Assembly: GCA_047285305.1 (NCBI GenBank)
Contig: JBJBDL010000003.1
Coordinates: 1,536,001 to 1,600,000, forward strand
DNA: 64,000 nt
Direction: 5' to 3'
From: Synechococcus sp.
Lineage (GTDB): Bacteria; Cyanobacteriota; Cyanobacteriia; PCC-6307; Cyanobiaceae
Of this stretch, positions 18,565 to 29,443 are shown one piece after another. Each line of letters starts with the position of its first letter. Position 1 is the stretch's first letter. The position numbers and the translations under genes are program-made. Below the pieces are notes generated by a model. The model ran no database searches. It saw only the letters and a list, made by a program, of their open reading frames with translations, and had not been told where the DNA came from.

Positions 18565-19479
18565 TCAGTAGATCGGAATACGGGTCACCCAGTGCTCATA
18601 GGCGGGGTCTCGTCCTTCGGTGATCGCCACGAGCTTGGCCTTCAGGGCATCCATCACAGGACGCTTGGCGTTCAGCACCGTTGATTCGATCTGACGGATC
18701 GGCGTCACCTTGGCGGCCGTGCCGGAAAGGAAGACTTCATCGGCGATGAACAACTCGGTTTTGTCCACCGGACGTTCAATCACAGGGATGTCCATCGCTT
18801 TGGCCAGTTCAATCACGCTGGCGCGGGTGATGCCCTCAAGGATGTCCTGATCAACTCCAGGCGTGATCAGCTGACCATCACGCACCAGGAACAGGTTCAT
18901 GCCGCTTGCTTCACTGATCTTGCCGCGACTGTTCAACAGCAATGCTTCGTCGAAACCGCTCTGCACGGCTTCCGTCTTGGCCAGGGAACTGGTGATGTAG
19001 GCGCCAGAGATCTTGCCGCGCAGCGGCAGGGAGCGGTCCTCCTGGCGGGTCCAGCTGCTGATCCTGCAGCTCACCCCCTCCGGAGAGAGGTAATCCCCCA
19101 GGGGGAGTCCGTAAATCAGGAAGTCGGTCTCGATGTTGTGCAGGCGCGGGGCGATGCCCAGATCGCTGGTGTACACAAAGGGCCGCAGATAGATCGGCTG
19201 ATCAGGCTTGTTGGCCTGCAGCATCGCAGTGAGAGCCGAGAGGATCGTCTCCATACTCAGATCCGTGAGCAGCAACCGGGCGCTCTGGCTGAGACGCCGG
19301 GCGTGCCGGTCAGCACGGAACAGCAGCATGGTGTTGCTGTTCTGGGGATCGGGAATGGCGCGCATTCCGCCGAAGGCACCGGTGCCGTAGTGCAGGGCAT
19401 GGGTAGCAATGGAGATCCTGGCCTCTTCGAAGGGGACGCACTGGCCCTTGAACCAGGCATAGGGCAGGAACTGATGCAT
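18565..19479 (-). CDS. ilvE: Branched-chain amino acid aminotransferase
   Basis: HALHYGTGAFGG, GKISGAY, EASGMNLF, ILEGITR and ADEVFLSGTAA. Confidence 0.95.
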   Translation of the reverse strand: MHQFLPYAWFKGQCVPFEEARISIATHALHYGTGAFGGMRAIPDPQNSNTMLLFRADRHARRLSQSARLLLTDLSMETILSALTAMLQANKPDQPIYLRPFVYTSDLGIAPRLHNIETDFLIYGLPLGDYLSPEGVSCRISSWTRQEDRSLPLRGKISGAYITSSLAKTEAVQSGFDEALLLNSRGKISEASGMNLFLVRDGQLITPGVDQDILEGITRASVIELAKAMDIPVIERPVDKTELFIADEVFLSGTAAKVTPIRQIESTVLNAKRPVMDALKAKLVAITEGRDPAYEHWVTRIPIY

Positions 19480-19544
19480 CGCCGTGATGGATCCGATCGC
19501 TGAATCTTCTCACCACCGCGCACCGCAACACGGAGAATGGAGTC

Positions 19545-22500
19545 ATGCATCGCCTTGCCACCTGTCCGGGTCTGGACCCACCGGAAGATGTGGTGCTCGT
19601 GGAGCAGCCGGGCGCGGATGTGCTGTTCCTCACCAGCGCAGGCACTGACATCAGCTGCCTGGACGCCAGCTTGCCGAGCAACCAGGCCTGGAACGAGCGG
19701 ATCCGGGCGTTGCCCCTGAGCTGCCTGGAGCACCCAGCGCAGCTGGACCATTACCTCAACACCACCGCCCAGGCGGCGCACTTGATCGTGGTGCGCCTAC
19801 TTGGCAGCCGTGGTCACTGGAGCTACGGCCTGGAGCAACTGCAGCGGTGGTGCAGCGAAGCAAAACAGCGACAATTGATCGTCCTTGCCGGAACGGCTGA
19901 TCAGAGCAATGAGCTGCATGGGCTGGGCTCCTGCAGTCCTGAACTGGCCGATCAGCTGTCGGCACTGCTGCGGGAAGGCGGCATCGACAACATGGGGCGA
20001 TTCCTCGGAGCTCTCGAGGCTCTGCTGGAGGGCACTACCCCATCACCCGACAGCGTTGCGGTGGTGCCTTGTCCCGATCCGTTGCCCTGGGATTGGCGCG
20101 ATGAAGCCGGGGCTGCGGTGGGCGTGGTTTTGTATCGGGCCCAGTTTCAGGCCGGAGACCTAGCTCTGGCGGATGCCCTCACGGCCGCACTGCGAAAAGA
20201 GAGACTGCGGCCCTGTCTGCTCTGGGTCAGCAGCTTGAGAAACCCGGCGGTACAGGCCGGCGTCCACGACCTGTTGAATCAGCAAAACGCTGAGCTGGTG
20301 ATTGCGGGCACGTCCTTTGCCTCGGTGCAGACCGAACAGGCCGGCCTTGGCAGCCCTCTCTGGGATCGGCTCGATCGACCGGTGTTGCAACTGCTCAGCA
20401 GCAGCCGCAGCCGGGCCCAGTGGCTTGAGAGCAGCCAGGGGTTGAATCCGATGGATCTTTCGTTGCAGGTGGTGATGCCGGAGCTGGATGCTCGGATCAC
20501 CACGCGGCCCTGCGGTTTTCGTGACCACCTTCAGACCACCGGCCCACTGGCCACGGCCATTCCCTGCCTGCAGCCGGATCCATCTGGACTCGCGTGGCTG
20601 GCCGAGCACAGCCGACGCTGGGTGGAGCTGCGACAGACCCCCTGTGCCAAGAGGCGCATCGCGATGGTTCTTGCCAACTATCCCGTGCGCGACGGTCGTG
20701 TAGCCAATGGCGTGGGCCTTGATACGCCAGACAGCACGGCGCGGATGCTCCGCTGGTTGGCTGACGCAGGCCATGACCTCGGTTCGGGAGCCTTGCCGGA
20801 TTCAGGCGATGGCTTGATGCAACAGCTGTTGTCCGGTCGCACCAATGCACCGGAAGGACAGCACCGCCCAGCGCTGGATCATCTGCCTCTCAACACTTAT
20901 CAACAGTGGTGGACCAGCGTTCCGGAATCGGCTCGACGCCTGATCGAATCCCGTTGGGGACCTCCAGAAGCCGCCTGCGACCTGGATCCAAACAGGGGGT
21001 TTGCCGTTCATGGCCTGCGCTTTGGCCATGTGGTGGTGCTGATCCAGCCGGATCGCGGCTATGACGCCGATCAGATCGCCGATCTCCACTCACCGGATCT
21101 GCCGCCACCCCACCGGTATCTGGCTCAGTACCTCTGGCTGCGCTGCGTGCATCAGACCCAAGTGATTCTGCATGTGGGTAAGCACGGCAGTGCGGAATGG
21201 CTGCCAGGCAAGTCGGTGGGGTTGAGCGATGCCTGCAGCCCCGAGCTGGCTCTGGGACCGATCCCTCACCTTTACCCCTTCATCGTCAACGACCCCGGCG
21301 AAGGATCTCAGGCCAAGCGCCGTGGTCATGCCGTGGTGCTGGACCACCTCACACCGCCCTTGGGGCGTGCTGGATTGCACGGACCGCTGCAACGGTTGGA
21401 GGGACTGCTGGATGAACTGGTGGAGGTGCGGCAGCTGGGCGGCCAGCGGACCCGGGTGCTGGAACAGGCGGTGCATTCCAGCCTGCTTTCCCTCAACTGG
21501 CCCGGAATCCCCAGCCAAGCGGAGGTTCGCTGCCAACCGGAGCTGCTGGAGACCTGTCTGGATCAGGCGGAGACATATCTCTGCGAGCTCAAGGAATCGC
21601 AGATACGTACGGGCTTGCATCGGTTTGGTGTGGCGCCATCGACAGAAGCCGCCGACGAGCTGCTGATCGCCCTGGCCCGTCCCCCCAGGCATGGGAAGCC
21701 CGGCTTGCTGCAGGCCATGGCCCTGCATGCAGAACTGGGCTTTGACCCCTGGCAGCAGGACGAAGGCGACAAGCTTTCCGAGGCGGATCAGAACCGCCTG
21801 AGGCTGCTGAGTGGCGCGAACTGCCGACGGGTAGGGGATGGTTGCGCGTGGCTGGAACAGCAGGCCGAGTTGTTGGTCCGGCGGATCATCCATGGGGAAC
21901 AGGGCGACGGATTGGCGCAACCCTTCCGGACCTGGAACCGGAAGGATCCCTGCCTGCAGAACCTTCACGATGACCTCTGGCCTCGCTTGAACGGTTGTGC
22001 CTCAGCCGAAAAAGAGGCCTTCCTGCGGGGCATACAGGGGCAGCGCATCGCTGCGGGGCCCTCAGGTGCACCGAGTCGCGGCCGCCCCGATGTGCTGCCC
22101 ACCGGCCGAAATTTTTATTCCGTCGATCTGCGGGGCTTGCCCACGGAAGCCGCCTGGGACCTGGGGCGACGCTCGGCGGAGCAGTTGCTGGATCTCCATC
22201 TGCTTGAGCAGGGGGAACCGCTGCGCCATCTGGCGTTATCGGTCTGGGGAACAGCAACAATGCGCAATGGCGGAGAAGACATCGCTCAGCTGCTAGCCCT
22301 GATCGGTGTTCGACCGGTTTGGGATGGCCCCACCCGAAGATTGGTGGACCTTGAGGTCATTCCAGCCCGTTTGCTTGGACGACCGCGGGTTGATGTGGTG
22401 CTGCGCATCTCCGGGCTGTTTCGCGATGCATTCCCCCAGTTGGTGGGCTGGGTGCATCAGGCCCAGTCGATGGTGGCAGCCCTCGATGAACCGGATGAAC

Positions 22501-23273
22501 TGAATCCCCTGGCCGAGCTCACCCGTCAAGGCGGGCACCAGGGACGCATTTTTGGATCCCCCCCCGGTGCCTACGGAGCCGGTCTGCAAGCCATGATCGA
22601 CAGTGGCGCATGGGACTCCCGAGCAGACCTGGGCCAGGCCTTTCTCAGTTGGAGCCAATGGTCGTACGACGGTGCCGCTGCCCCCAGCCTTGATCGTTCC
22701 GGTCTCGAGCAGGCCCTGGGCAGGGTGCAGGTGGTGCTCCACAACCAGGACAACCGCGAACACGATCTGCTTGATTCCGACGACTACTACCAGTTCCAAG
22801 GGGGCCTCAGTGCCGCAGTGGAAGAGGTTTCAGGAGCACGGCCGCAACTGTGGTTCGGAGACCATTCCCGCCCCGAACGGCCTCGCCTGCACCGGCTCGA
22901 AAAGGAACTGGACAAGGTGATGCGCAGCCGGATGCTCAACCCCCGATGGATCGAGGGAATGATGCAGCACGGCTACAAGGGTGCCTTCGAGATGGGAGCC
23001 AGCCTTGACTACCTCTTTGCCTACGACGCCTCCACCGATCGCGTTCCCGATTGGTGTTACGGCGCGCTGTGTGACCAGTGGCTTAGCCAGACGAGAATCC
23101 TCGACTTCCTTAAGGAGAGCAACCCCTGGGTGCTGAGGGACATGGCCGAACGAATGCTGGAGGCCTCAAATCGAGGCCTTTGGACGTCAGCATCTGAAAA
23201 GCAGCTGCTCCACTTGCAACAGCTGGTGAACAGCAGCGAAGCCCAGATTGAACGGGGTGGACCTATTTGTTGA
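19545..23273 (+). CDS. cobN: Cobaltochelatase CobN subunit
   Basis: 1242 aa; ANYPVRDGRVANGVGLDT, HVGKHGSAEWLPGK, NDPGEGSQAKRR, LPTGRNFY and HNQDNREHDLLDSDDYY. Confidence 0.95.
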   Translation: MHRLATCPGLDPPEDVVLVEQPGADVLFLTSAGTDISCLDASLPSNQAWNERIRALPLSCLEHPAQLDHYLNTTAQAAHLIVVRLLGSRGHWSYGLEQLQRWCSEAKQRQLIVLAGTADQSNELHGLGSCSPELADQLSALLREGGIDNMGRFLGALEALLEGTTPSPDSVAVVPCPDPLPWDWRDEAGAAVGVVLYRAQFQAGDLALADALTAALRKERLRPCLLWVSSLRNPAVQAGVHDLLNQQNAELVIAGTSFASVQTEQAGLGSPLWDRLDRPVLQLLSSSRSRAQWLESSQGLNPMDLSLQVVMPELDARITTRPCGFRDHLQTTGPLATAIPCLQPDPSGLAWLAEHSRRWVELRQTPCAKRRIAMVLANYPVRDGRVANGVGLDTPDSTARMLRWLADAGHDLGSGALPDSGDGLMQQLLSGRTNAPEGQHRPALDHLPLNTYQQWWTSVPESARRLIESRWGPPEAACDLDPNRGFAVHGLRFGHVVVLIQPDRGYDADQIADLHSPDLPPPHRYLAQYLWLRCVHQTQVILHVGKHGSAEWLPGKSVGLSDACSPELALGPIPHLYPFIVNDPGEGSQAKRRGHAVVLDHLTPPLGRAGLHGPLQRLEGLLDELVEVRQLGGQRTRVLEQAVHSSLLSLNWPGIPSQAEVRCQPELLETCLDQAETYLCELKESQIRTGLHRFGVAPSTEAADELLIALARPPRHGKPGLLQAMALHAELGFDPWQQDEGDKLSEADQNRLRLLSGANCRRVGDGCAWLEQQAELLVRRIIHGEQGDGLAQPFRTWNRKDPCLQNLHDDLWPRLNGCASAEKEAFLRGIQGQRIAAGPSGAPSRGRPDVLPTGRNFYSVDLRGLPTEAAWDLGRRSAEQLLDLHLLEQGEPLRHLALSVWGTATMRNGGEDIAQLLALIGVRPVWDGPTRRLVDLEVIPARLLGRPRVDVVLRISGLFRDAFPQLVGWVHQAQSMVAALDEPDELNPLAELTRQGGHQGRIFGSPPGAYGAGLQAMIDSGAWDSRADLGQAFLSWSQWSYDGAAAPSLDRSGLEQALGRVQVVLHNQDNREHDLLDSDDYYQFQGGLSAAVEEVSGARPQLWFGDHSRPERPRLHRLEKELDKVMRSRMLNPRWIEGMMQHGYKGAFEMGASLDYLFAYDASTDRVPDWCYGALCDQWLSQTRILDFLKESNPWVLRDMAERMLEASNRGLWTSASEKQLLHLQQLVNSSEAQIERGGPIC

Positions 23274-23817
23274 GGTCGCGAACCATCTGACGAAACGGAT
23301 CGATCGATCCAGGCTTGGAGGACGGCGCAGCGGAACCCGCCTTGGCCACCGGTTCCTCCTTGGGCTTCAACTCTTCTTTGCGGCCGACGGGAGCAGCATC
23401 TGCGGGAGCAGGGGTGTTCACACCAGTGATGGCGGTGCCCTTGAGGCGCTTGCTCATCTCCTCGGTGGTCACCTGCGTAGCGAAGGTTTTCTTCACCGGT
23501 GTGGGGATACCCGCGTTGAGGGTGATTGATTCCTCCTTCTTGACCACACCCCCAAGGCCTTCGCTGCGCTTTTCAAGCCTCTCGGTTTCAGCTGCGACCT
23601 CCATGATCTGTTCCTTCGTTCCGGGGCTTGCGGCCGTGCCGGGGAAGGTGCGGCGAATCGTCTTCGACTCGCGCATGTAGTTCACATCCCCCAGGGAAGA
23701 GGACGCATCAGCATCAAGAAAGAACTCGGCTGGCTTCTCCTTCGCTGGCTTGCGCGGCTGAATCGTGGAGTCGGAATCTGCGGCATCCTTTTTCAGCAGA
23801 CGATCCAAGAAGCTCAT
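23263..23817 (-). CDS. Cyanobacterial hypothetical protein
   Basis: 184 aa; FFLDADASSSLGDVNYMRESKTIRRTFP and C-terminal IDPFRQMVRDL. Confidence 0.75.
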   Translation of the reverse strand: MSFLDRLLKKDAADSDSTIQPRKPAKEKPAEFFLDADASSSLGDVNYMRESKTIRRTFPGTAASPGTKEQIMEVAAETERLEKRSEGLGGVVKKEESITLNAGIPTPVKKTFATQVTTEEMSKRLKGTAITGVNTPAPADAAPVGRKEELKPKEEPVAKAGSAAPSSKPGSIDPFRQMVRDLNK

Positions 23818-23844
23818 GTCGACCGGAACTGAGATGGAATGAAC

Positions 23845-24504
23845 TTAGCGGCCGCAAAGGTCAATTCCATGGGTATCGGTGCCACACGTACGCAAAAGGC
23901 CAAGGTTGCTCAGCTGAAGATCGATGGCCTCGCAGATCAACGGGCTAGCTGACCAGGTTGGTTGCATCTCGTAGTCGTACCAGGCCTCACCACCATCGAA
24001 ACCAAGCCGGGCCGCCTCATCGATCAGCAAGTCATGGCCAAGGCGGTAACGGGCGGGATGGGCCAACACTGCCAATCCACCTGCGTCATGGATGGCTTTA
24101 ACCACCGCCTCAGCCCTTAGCAGTTCACCGACGACGGCATCACCACGGTTGTAGGGCTGGAGCGAAGGGTGGTTGAGCTCGAAGCCAAGGGCGAGCACAT
24201 GAACGAGGCACCCCTTCAGCAGTGCACTAATTTCCATGCCGCTCCAGACCGTGGGGACCTCAACACCGCTGACACGCTGCTGATCCAGCCAGGCCTGGAT
24301 CTCCCGATGGGCATGGCTGCTGTGGTGATCCGTCACCGCCAGGTGCTTGAGACCCCGCTCGGTGGCCTGGTGGATGAGCTCGATCGGTTCGAGGCTGCCG
24401 TCACTGCAGACGGTGTGGCAGTGAAAGTTGTGCGTTGTTGGACAGCTCGACGGTCCCACCTGTTCGAGCACGGCTTTGAGGGGGTGGGTCATCTCAACCC
24501 TCAT
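23845..24504 (-). CDS. PHP-domain metal-dependent phosphoesterase
   Basis: NFHCHTVCSDG, AVTDHH, LAHPARY and GTDTHG; exact start uncertain (24492 or 24504). Confidence 0.88.
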   Translation of the reverse strand: MRVEMTHPLKAVLEQVGPSSCPTTHNFHCHTVCSDGSLEPIELIHQATERGLKHLAVTDHHSSHAHREIQAWLDQQRVSGVEVPTVWSGMEISALLKGCLVHVLALGFELNHPSLQPYNRGDAVVGELLRAEAVVKAIHDAGGLAVLAHPARYRLGHDLLIDEAARLGFDGGEAWYDYEMQPTWSASPLICEAIDLQLSNLGLLRTCGTDTHGIDLCGR

Positions 24505-24505
24505 C

Positions 24506-25078
24506 TCAGGCTTTAGCAGAGGCTTCGGCCCGCAGGCGGCGCCAACGGGCATAGAACTGAATGGACGCTGCCATGAACACCACCAGGGCAACGATGAACC
24601 AGGTCGCTGCGCTGGTGGGGAACTGCGTTTTGAACACCACCAGCATCACCACGATCACCAGCAGCAACGTGGGCAGCTCATTTAGGGCGCGCAGCTGCTT
24701 ACCCGACCAGGCACAGGTGCCGGCGTGGAGTTGGCCCATCAGCCTGTAACAGAAAACGTGGTAAGCCAGCAGGGCCGCCACAAAACCCAGCTTGGCGTGC
24801 ATCCAGCCCTGCTGAAGCCAGGAGGGCTGGGCCAGAAGCAACCCGATGGCCATCGACACCGCCACAGCCATCCCCGGCGTGGTGATGATGTTGGCGAGGC
24901 GTTTCTCCATCAAGGTGTACTGATCGCGGAACGGCTGCTGCAGTTCCGGCGCCAGTTCCTCCGTTTCAACGTGATAGATGAACAGGCGCACTAAGTAGAA
25001 GAGGCCCGCAAACCACACCACAACCCCAACGATGTGCAGGGTCTTGAACCAGAGGTAGGCCTCGGGCGAAAACGTCAT
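24506..25078 (-). CDS. hemJ: Protoporphyrinogen oxidase HemJ
   Basis: WFKTLHIVGVVVWFAGLFYLVRLFIYH, MEKRL, WMHAKL and RALNELPT. Confidence 0.93.
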   Translation of the reverse strand: MTFSPEAYLWFKTLHIVGVVVWFAGLFYLVRLFIYHVETEELAPELQQPFRDQYTLMEKRLANIITTPGMAVAVSMAIGLLLAQPSWLQQGWMHAKLGFVAALLAYHVFCYRLMGQLHAGTCAWSGKQLRALNELPTLLLVIVVMLVVFKTQFPTSAATWFIVALVVFMAASIQFYARWRRLRAEASAKA

Positions 25079-25113
25079 CAACACAACTGATCTGGAGCGA
25101 CCTTACGCAGGGT

Positions 25114-26610
25114 TCAGGTGAGCGCGTCAAGAAAATCGCCGGCTCGACGCTGATGGGCCAATAGAACGTCGGGAGCCATGCGGTCCAGGTTGCGGGCCAT
25201 CATCGCCAGTCGGTATTGGCGCCGGAAGAAGTCCTGATGGCGATGGATGAACGTCCAGAACAGGCCATCCCAGGTGTCACACCACTCGCCTTTGCGGTAA
25301 TCCGACATCTTTCGAACGTAGTTCGAGCCTGAGAGATAGGGCTTGGTGGTGAAGATGCCACCATCAGCGAACTGACTCATGCCATAGACGTTGGGCACCA
25401 TGACCCAGTCGTAGGCATCCACAAACAGCTCCATGAACCAGGTGTAGATCCGGGTTGGATGGAATCCGCAGAGGAGCATCACATTGCCCAGGAGCATCAG
25501 GCGTTCGATGTGATGGCAATACCCGGTCTTCAGGGAGTGGCGGATGGCGTCATCAATCGGGGGTAGACCCGTGGATGCGGTGTAGAAGGCGGAGGGAACC
25601 GGCCGGTCGTCGAAGCCCCAGAAATTGCCGTTGCGCATCTCCACCCCGTGGCGCCGGTACATCGCCGCCATGAACTCCCGCCAGCCGACGATCTGACGCA
25701 GAAATCCCTCCAATGAATTGATGGGGATGTCACCGGCTTCAGCCCGCTCCAGCGTTCGATCCAGCACCTGCTGCGGGGTGAGCAGACCGATGTTGAGTAT
25801 CGGCGTGAGCACGCTGTGCCACATCACCTGGTGCTGGGTGCTGATCGCATCTTCGTAAGCCCCGAACTGGCGCAGGCGTTGTTCGAGGAATTGATCTAAC
25901 CAACGGGCTGCATCGCCATGGGTGACTGGGTAATGGAACCCGTCCCAGCTGCCGATGCCGGCCACCCCCTCCCCGATGAGCTGCTTCCGGGCAGCCTCAA
26001 CTAAGGCAACCGAGCCGCTCGAGCGTTCGGCAGGGGGCTCTGGAACCAGGATCCCCTTGGGGAGCTTCTTGCGGTTGTCGGCATCGAAACTCCAGCGGCC
26101 ACCGACAGGACCACCATCAGGATCGATCAGCAGATCCAGTCGCTTGCGCTGCATTTCGTAGAAGCGACCCATGAGGGGCTTCTTGCCGGAGGCGAAATGG
26201 TCTTCGATGACGGCTTCTGGGGTGAGCAGCATCGGGCTGGCGACGATCTCCAGACCGCAGCCGTGGCGGGAGGCGAAGGCAGAGATCCGTTGGTTCAGAA
26301 CATCGTCCACTGGATCCGCCAGATGAAAGGAGCTATAGCCCTTATCGAGCAGATCACCGAGGATCTCAGCCGTGCTGGCAGCCTGCCCCTGCAGCACCCG
26401 CAACACGGTGAAGCCCCTGGCCTGAAGCATCTCGGCATAGGCATTCATCGAGGCCCGATGCAGAAGCAGGCGCTGCCGATGCACCAGGATCGGCCAGCGG
26501 GGATCAGTGCCGAACAACAGCGGATCTTCTATCAGGGCCACGGCCCGTCCCGGCCGAAGCGCGGGATGGCGCTCAAACAGCTGATGGGGAAAAACAAGAC
26601 TGAGATCCAC
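25114..26610 (-). CDS. Cryptochrome/photolyase, bacterial (6-4) photolyase (PhrB-like) type
   Basis: GGRWSFDADNRK, FGAYEDA, EGFLRQIVGWRE, YCHHIERLM, DAYDWVMVPNV and TKPYLSGSNY. Confidence 0.9.
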   Translation of the reverse strand: MDLSLVFPHQLFERHPALRPGRAVALIEDPLLFGTDPRWPILVHRQRLLLHRASMNAYAEMLQARGFTVLRVLQGQAASTAEILGDLLDKGYSSFHLADPVDDVLNQRISAFASRHGCGLEIVASPMLLTPEAVIEDHFASGKKPLMGRFYEMQRKRLDLLIDPDGGPVGGRWSFDADNRKKLPKGILVPEPPAERSSGSVALVEAARKQLIGEGVAGIGSWDGFHYPVTHGDAARWLDQFLEQRLRQFGAYEDAISTQHQVMWHSVLTPILNIGLLTPQQVLDRTLERAEAGDIPINSLEGFLRQIVGWREFMAAMYRRHGVEMRNGNFWGFDDRPVPSAFYTASTGLPPIDDAIRHSLKTGYCHHIERLMLLGNVMLLCGFHPTRIYTWFMELFVDAYDWVMVPNVYGMSQFADGGIFTTKPYLSGSNYVRKMSDYRKGEWCDTWDGLFWTFIHRHQDFFRRQYRLAMMARNLDRMAPDVLLAHQRRAGDFLDALT

Positions 26611-26612
26611 CG

Positions 26613-26900
26613 TCAGCTGTCCTCACCAGCAAGACGGCAGGCGCGTCGACCCAGGGCGGTGGCATAGGCGCGATCCACGGGTCCTTCCATGGGGCTCAGC
26701 TGGCCGGCACGGCAATTCATCACCACTTTTTCGCGATGGCCCTGCTGATCGTTGAGCCGCAGCACCAATTGCCAGTGGTTCTTGGCGCTGCGGGTGATGC
26801 CGTCGGCACACACAGGCCCTGTGCACAGTCCGGGAGACGCCCAGACCGGAGTGGCGAGAAGAAGCACTCCTGCCAGAGCCATGCAGAGATGACGGATCAT
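26613..26900 (-). CDS. Small exported Cys-containing hypothetical protein
   Basis: Signal peptide (…PVWA|S) and four Cys in the mature part; start overlaps the uvrC stop. Confidence 0.7.
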   Translation of the reverse strand: MIRHLCMALAGVLLLATPVWASPGLCTGPVCADGITRSAKNHWQLVLRLNDQQGHREKVVMNCRAGQLSPMEGPVDRAYATALGRRACRLAGEDS

Positions 26901-28882
26901 GCGGAGAGTTCCTGAGGCTGCTCTTCTAAAGCAGTCCTGGGATCAGCGTCGGTTCCGTCGTCGGAAGGATGGAAGAAATCGTGGATGTCGCGGGCCAGAG
27001 CCGGGCCGACGCCAGGGGCCTTGGACAGGGTCTCAACCGATGCCAGCTGGATGGCATCAATCGAATGGAAATGAGCCAAGAGATCCTTGACCCGCTTGGG
27101 CCCAAGTCCGGGGATGTCCGAGAGGCGTGAACGCTTCATTCGCTGACCACGCTGCTGGCGGTGGAAACTGACGGCGAAACGGTGGGCTTCATCCCGCAGG
27201 CGGCGAAGGAGCACAACCCCGAGCTGATCCGGTTCACTCTCCAGAGGCTGGCTTTCGCCGGGGAGAAAAACCTCTTCGCGCTGTTTGGCGAGGGAGCAGA
27301 CATTGAGATCCTCGTGCAGATCAAGCTCGCGCAGGGCTTCCATAACGGCGGAGAGCTGGCCCTTGCCGCCATCAATCATCACCACATCGGGCCAGTCGTT
27401 TAGGCCGTCGGTTTGCAGAGCGCTTCCGCCTTTGTGACGCAGGGCACCAACATCCACCCCCTCTGCCTTGGCCCGGGCCCAGCGGCGAAAACGGCGGCGC
27501 ATGATTTCCGCCATCGCCATGAAGTCGTCGCTGTGGCCAGCGCGGATGCTGCTGCTGCGGATCTTGTACTTGCGGTAGTGCTGCTTGGCGGGCAGCCCGT
27601 CGATGAATACCACCTGGGAGGCCACGGCATCGCTGCCCTGGATGTGACTGATGTCGTAGCCCTCGATCCGCCGCGGCGGGGTAGGCAACTCCAGCAGTTG
27701 CGCCAGATCCTCCGTGGCCAACGACTGCTTCTCCTGACCTTGCTTGGCGCGGAGCAACTCAAACTCCGCGTTGCGCTGCACCAGTTCGATCAGATTGGCT
27801 TTCTGCTGGCGCTGCGGGCAGTGGATCTGCACCCGACGCTCGCGCTGTTCCGAGAGCCAGTCCTCCATCAGTTTCTGCTGGGGCAGAGCGTGCTGCACCA
27901 ACAGCTCGGGGGGCACCTCAACGGAATCCACCTGGCTGTAGTGCTCTTCAATCACCCGTTGCAGGATCAGTCCAGGTTCCAGACCTGAGGCATCAGCCGT
28001 GTAGCCAAGACGTCCGACCAACTTCCCGGCGCGCATCTGAAACAGCTGCACGGCTGCCAAGCGTTCATCGAAGGCAAGGGCCAGCACATCCCGACTCACA
28101 GAGGAATCCGGCAGACTCAACTTCTGGTCGGCGGTGAGCTGATCCAGCCCCTGAAGTTGATCCCGAACCTGGGCCGCCGACTCGTAGTCCATCCGCTCGG
28201 CATACCGCTCCATCTGCGCCTGAAGCAGCTGCTGCAGTTCATCGCTGCGGCCCTGGAACACCATCGCCACCTTGCGCAATGTGCGGTGATAGTCCTCCGA
28301 GCTGATTTTTTCCTGGCAGACGCCAGGGCAGCGCCCGATGCTGTAGTTGAGGCAGGTGCGGTCGGGGTACATCGGTCGTGGCCGTTGCCGCAGCGGGAAC
28401 ACCCGCTTCACCAGAAACAGGGTGCGGCGCAGCAGGCCTACATCGACATAGGGCCCGTAAAAGCGATCCAGGGGGCTGCGGAAGCGACGGCGACGAGTGA
28501 TGAAAATCCGTGGGTAGGCCTCACTCCAGGTGATGCAGAGGTAGGGGTATTTCTTGTCGTCCTTCAGCAGCACATTGAAGTGCGGCTGATGGTTCTTGAT
28601 CAGGTTCGACTCGAGAACAAGGGCCTCCGCCTCGCTGTCGGTGACGATGAATTCAATCTCACAGACCTGGCGTGTCATCAGCCGGATCCGTGGCGACAGA
28701 TCGTGGCGGCTGCGGAAATAGCTGCGCACGCGGCTGCGCAACGCCTTCGACTTGCCGACATAGAGGATCCGGTCGTCGCCGTCCCGCATCAGATAACAAC
28801 CCGGCTCAGCGGGGATCTCCTTCAGGCGGCGTTCAAGACGCTCGGGCTGCGTCAGCAGCGGTGCACCGGAGGCGGCATCCAC
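26897..28882 (-). CDS. uvrC: Excinuclease ABC subunit C
   Basis: GIY-YIG domain ([22 protein letters not shown]), [32 protein letters not shown] and C-terminal HhH. Confidence 0.97.
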   Translation of the reverse strand: MDAASGAPLLTQPERLERRLKEIPAEPGCYLMRDGDDRILYVGKSKALRSRVRSYFRSRHDLSPRIRLMTRQVCEIEFIVTDSEAEALVLESNLIKNHQPHFNVLLKDDKKYPYLCITWSEAYPRIFITRRRRFRSPLDRFYGPYVDVGLLRRTLFLVKRVFPLRQRPRPMYPDRTCLNYSIGRCPGVCQEKISSEDYHRTLRKVAMVFQGRSDELQQLLQAQMERYAERMDYESAAQVRDQLQGLDQLTADQKLSLPDSSVSRDVLALAFDERLAAVQLFQMRAGKLVGRLGYTADASGLEPGLILQRVIEEHYSQVDSVEVPPELLVQHALPQQKLMEDWLSEQRERRVQIHCPQRQQKANLIELVQRNAEFELLRAKQGQEKQSLATEDLAQLLELPTPPRRIEGYDISHIQGSDAVASQVVFIDGLPAKQHYRKYKIRSSSIRAGHSDDFMAMAEIMRRRFRRWARAKAEGVDVGALRHKGGSALQTDGLNDWPDVVMIDGGKGQLSAVMEALRELDLHEDLNVCSLAKQREEVFLPGESQPLESEPDQLGVVLLRRLRDEAHRFAVSFHRQQRGQRMKRSRLSDIPGLGPKRVKDLLAHFHSIDAIQLASVETLSKAPGVGPALARDIHDFFHPSDDGTDADPRTALEEQPQELSA

Positions 28883-28891
28883 CAGGCCAGC

Positions 28892-29374
28892 TCAGCCGCC
28901 GTAATTCCAGCCGGTGCTGGCCAGGTTCAGGGCCTCGCCATCGGCGATCAGACGCGCTGTTTTCACTTCGCCCACAAACACGGTGTGGTCACCGTGCTTG
29001 ATCGAACCCACGATTTCGCACTCCACACCGCCTACGGCATCGGTGAGCAAGGGAAGACCGAGATCACCTTCCTCGAAGGGTGCCGCTTCAAAGCGACCAC
29101 CGAGCGCCTTCTGGGGCTTGAAAAACACCGCTGCAAGATCCTTCTGATCGGCCCGCAGCACGTTGAGGGAGAACTTACCGGTGGCCTCGATGATGGCGTG
29201 ACTGCTGCTGTCAGCCCGAACCCCCATCACCACCAACGGCGGCTCGAACGATCCCTGGGTCACCCAGCTGGCCGTGAAACCGTTCACGTCATCGCCGTTG
29301 CGCACGCCGCAGATGAAGAGTCCGTGGGGGATCTTGCGAAGCAGGACCTTCTTGGCGTCGGCGTCGAGGCTCAT
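28892..29374 (-). CDS. Flavin reductase family protein
   Basis: LRKIPHGLFI, ASWVTQGSFEPPLV and GDHTVFVGEV. Confidence 0.9.
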   Translation of the reverse strand: MSLDADAKKVLLRKIPHGLFICGVRNGDDVNGFTASWVTQGSFEPPLVVMGVRADSSSHAIIEATGKFSLNVLRADQKDLAAVFFKPQKALGGRFEAAPFEEGDLGLPLLTDAVGGVECEIVGSIKHGDHTVFVGEVKTARLIADGEALNLASTGWNYGG

Positions 29375-29443
29375 GGCACGGTTGCGATGGCTGAAATCTA
29401 AACAGCGATCCGCTTCATAGGATCCGCCCATCGCTGATTCCCA

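Noticed and set aside
17569..18684. Long antisense ORFs (also 28157-29401, 32729-33823, 37780-39105, 52286-53326 and 54892-55866)
   Set aside because: Shadow frames opposite well-supported genes in GC-rich DNA, with no recognisable motifs.
18502..19544. Cobalamin riboswitch near metH or cobN
   Set aside because: The intergenic spacers are only about 65 nt, too short for the aptamer, and no B12-box is visible.
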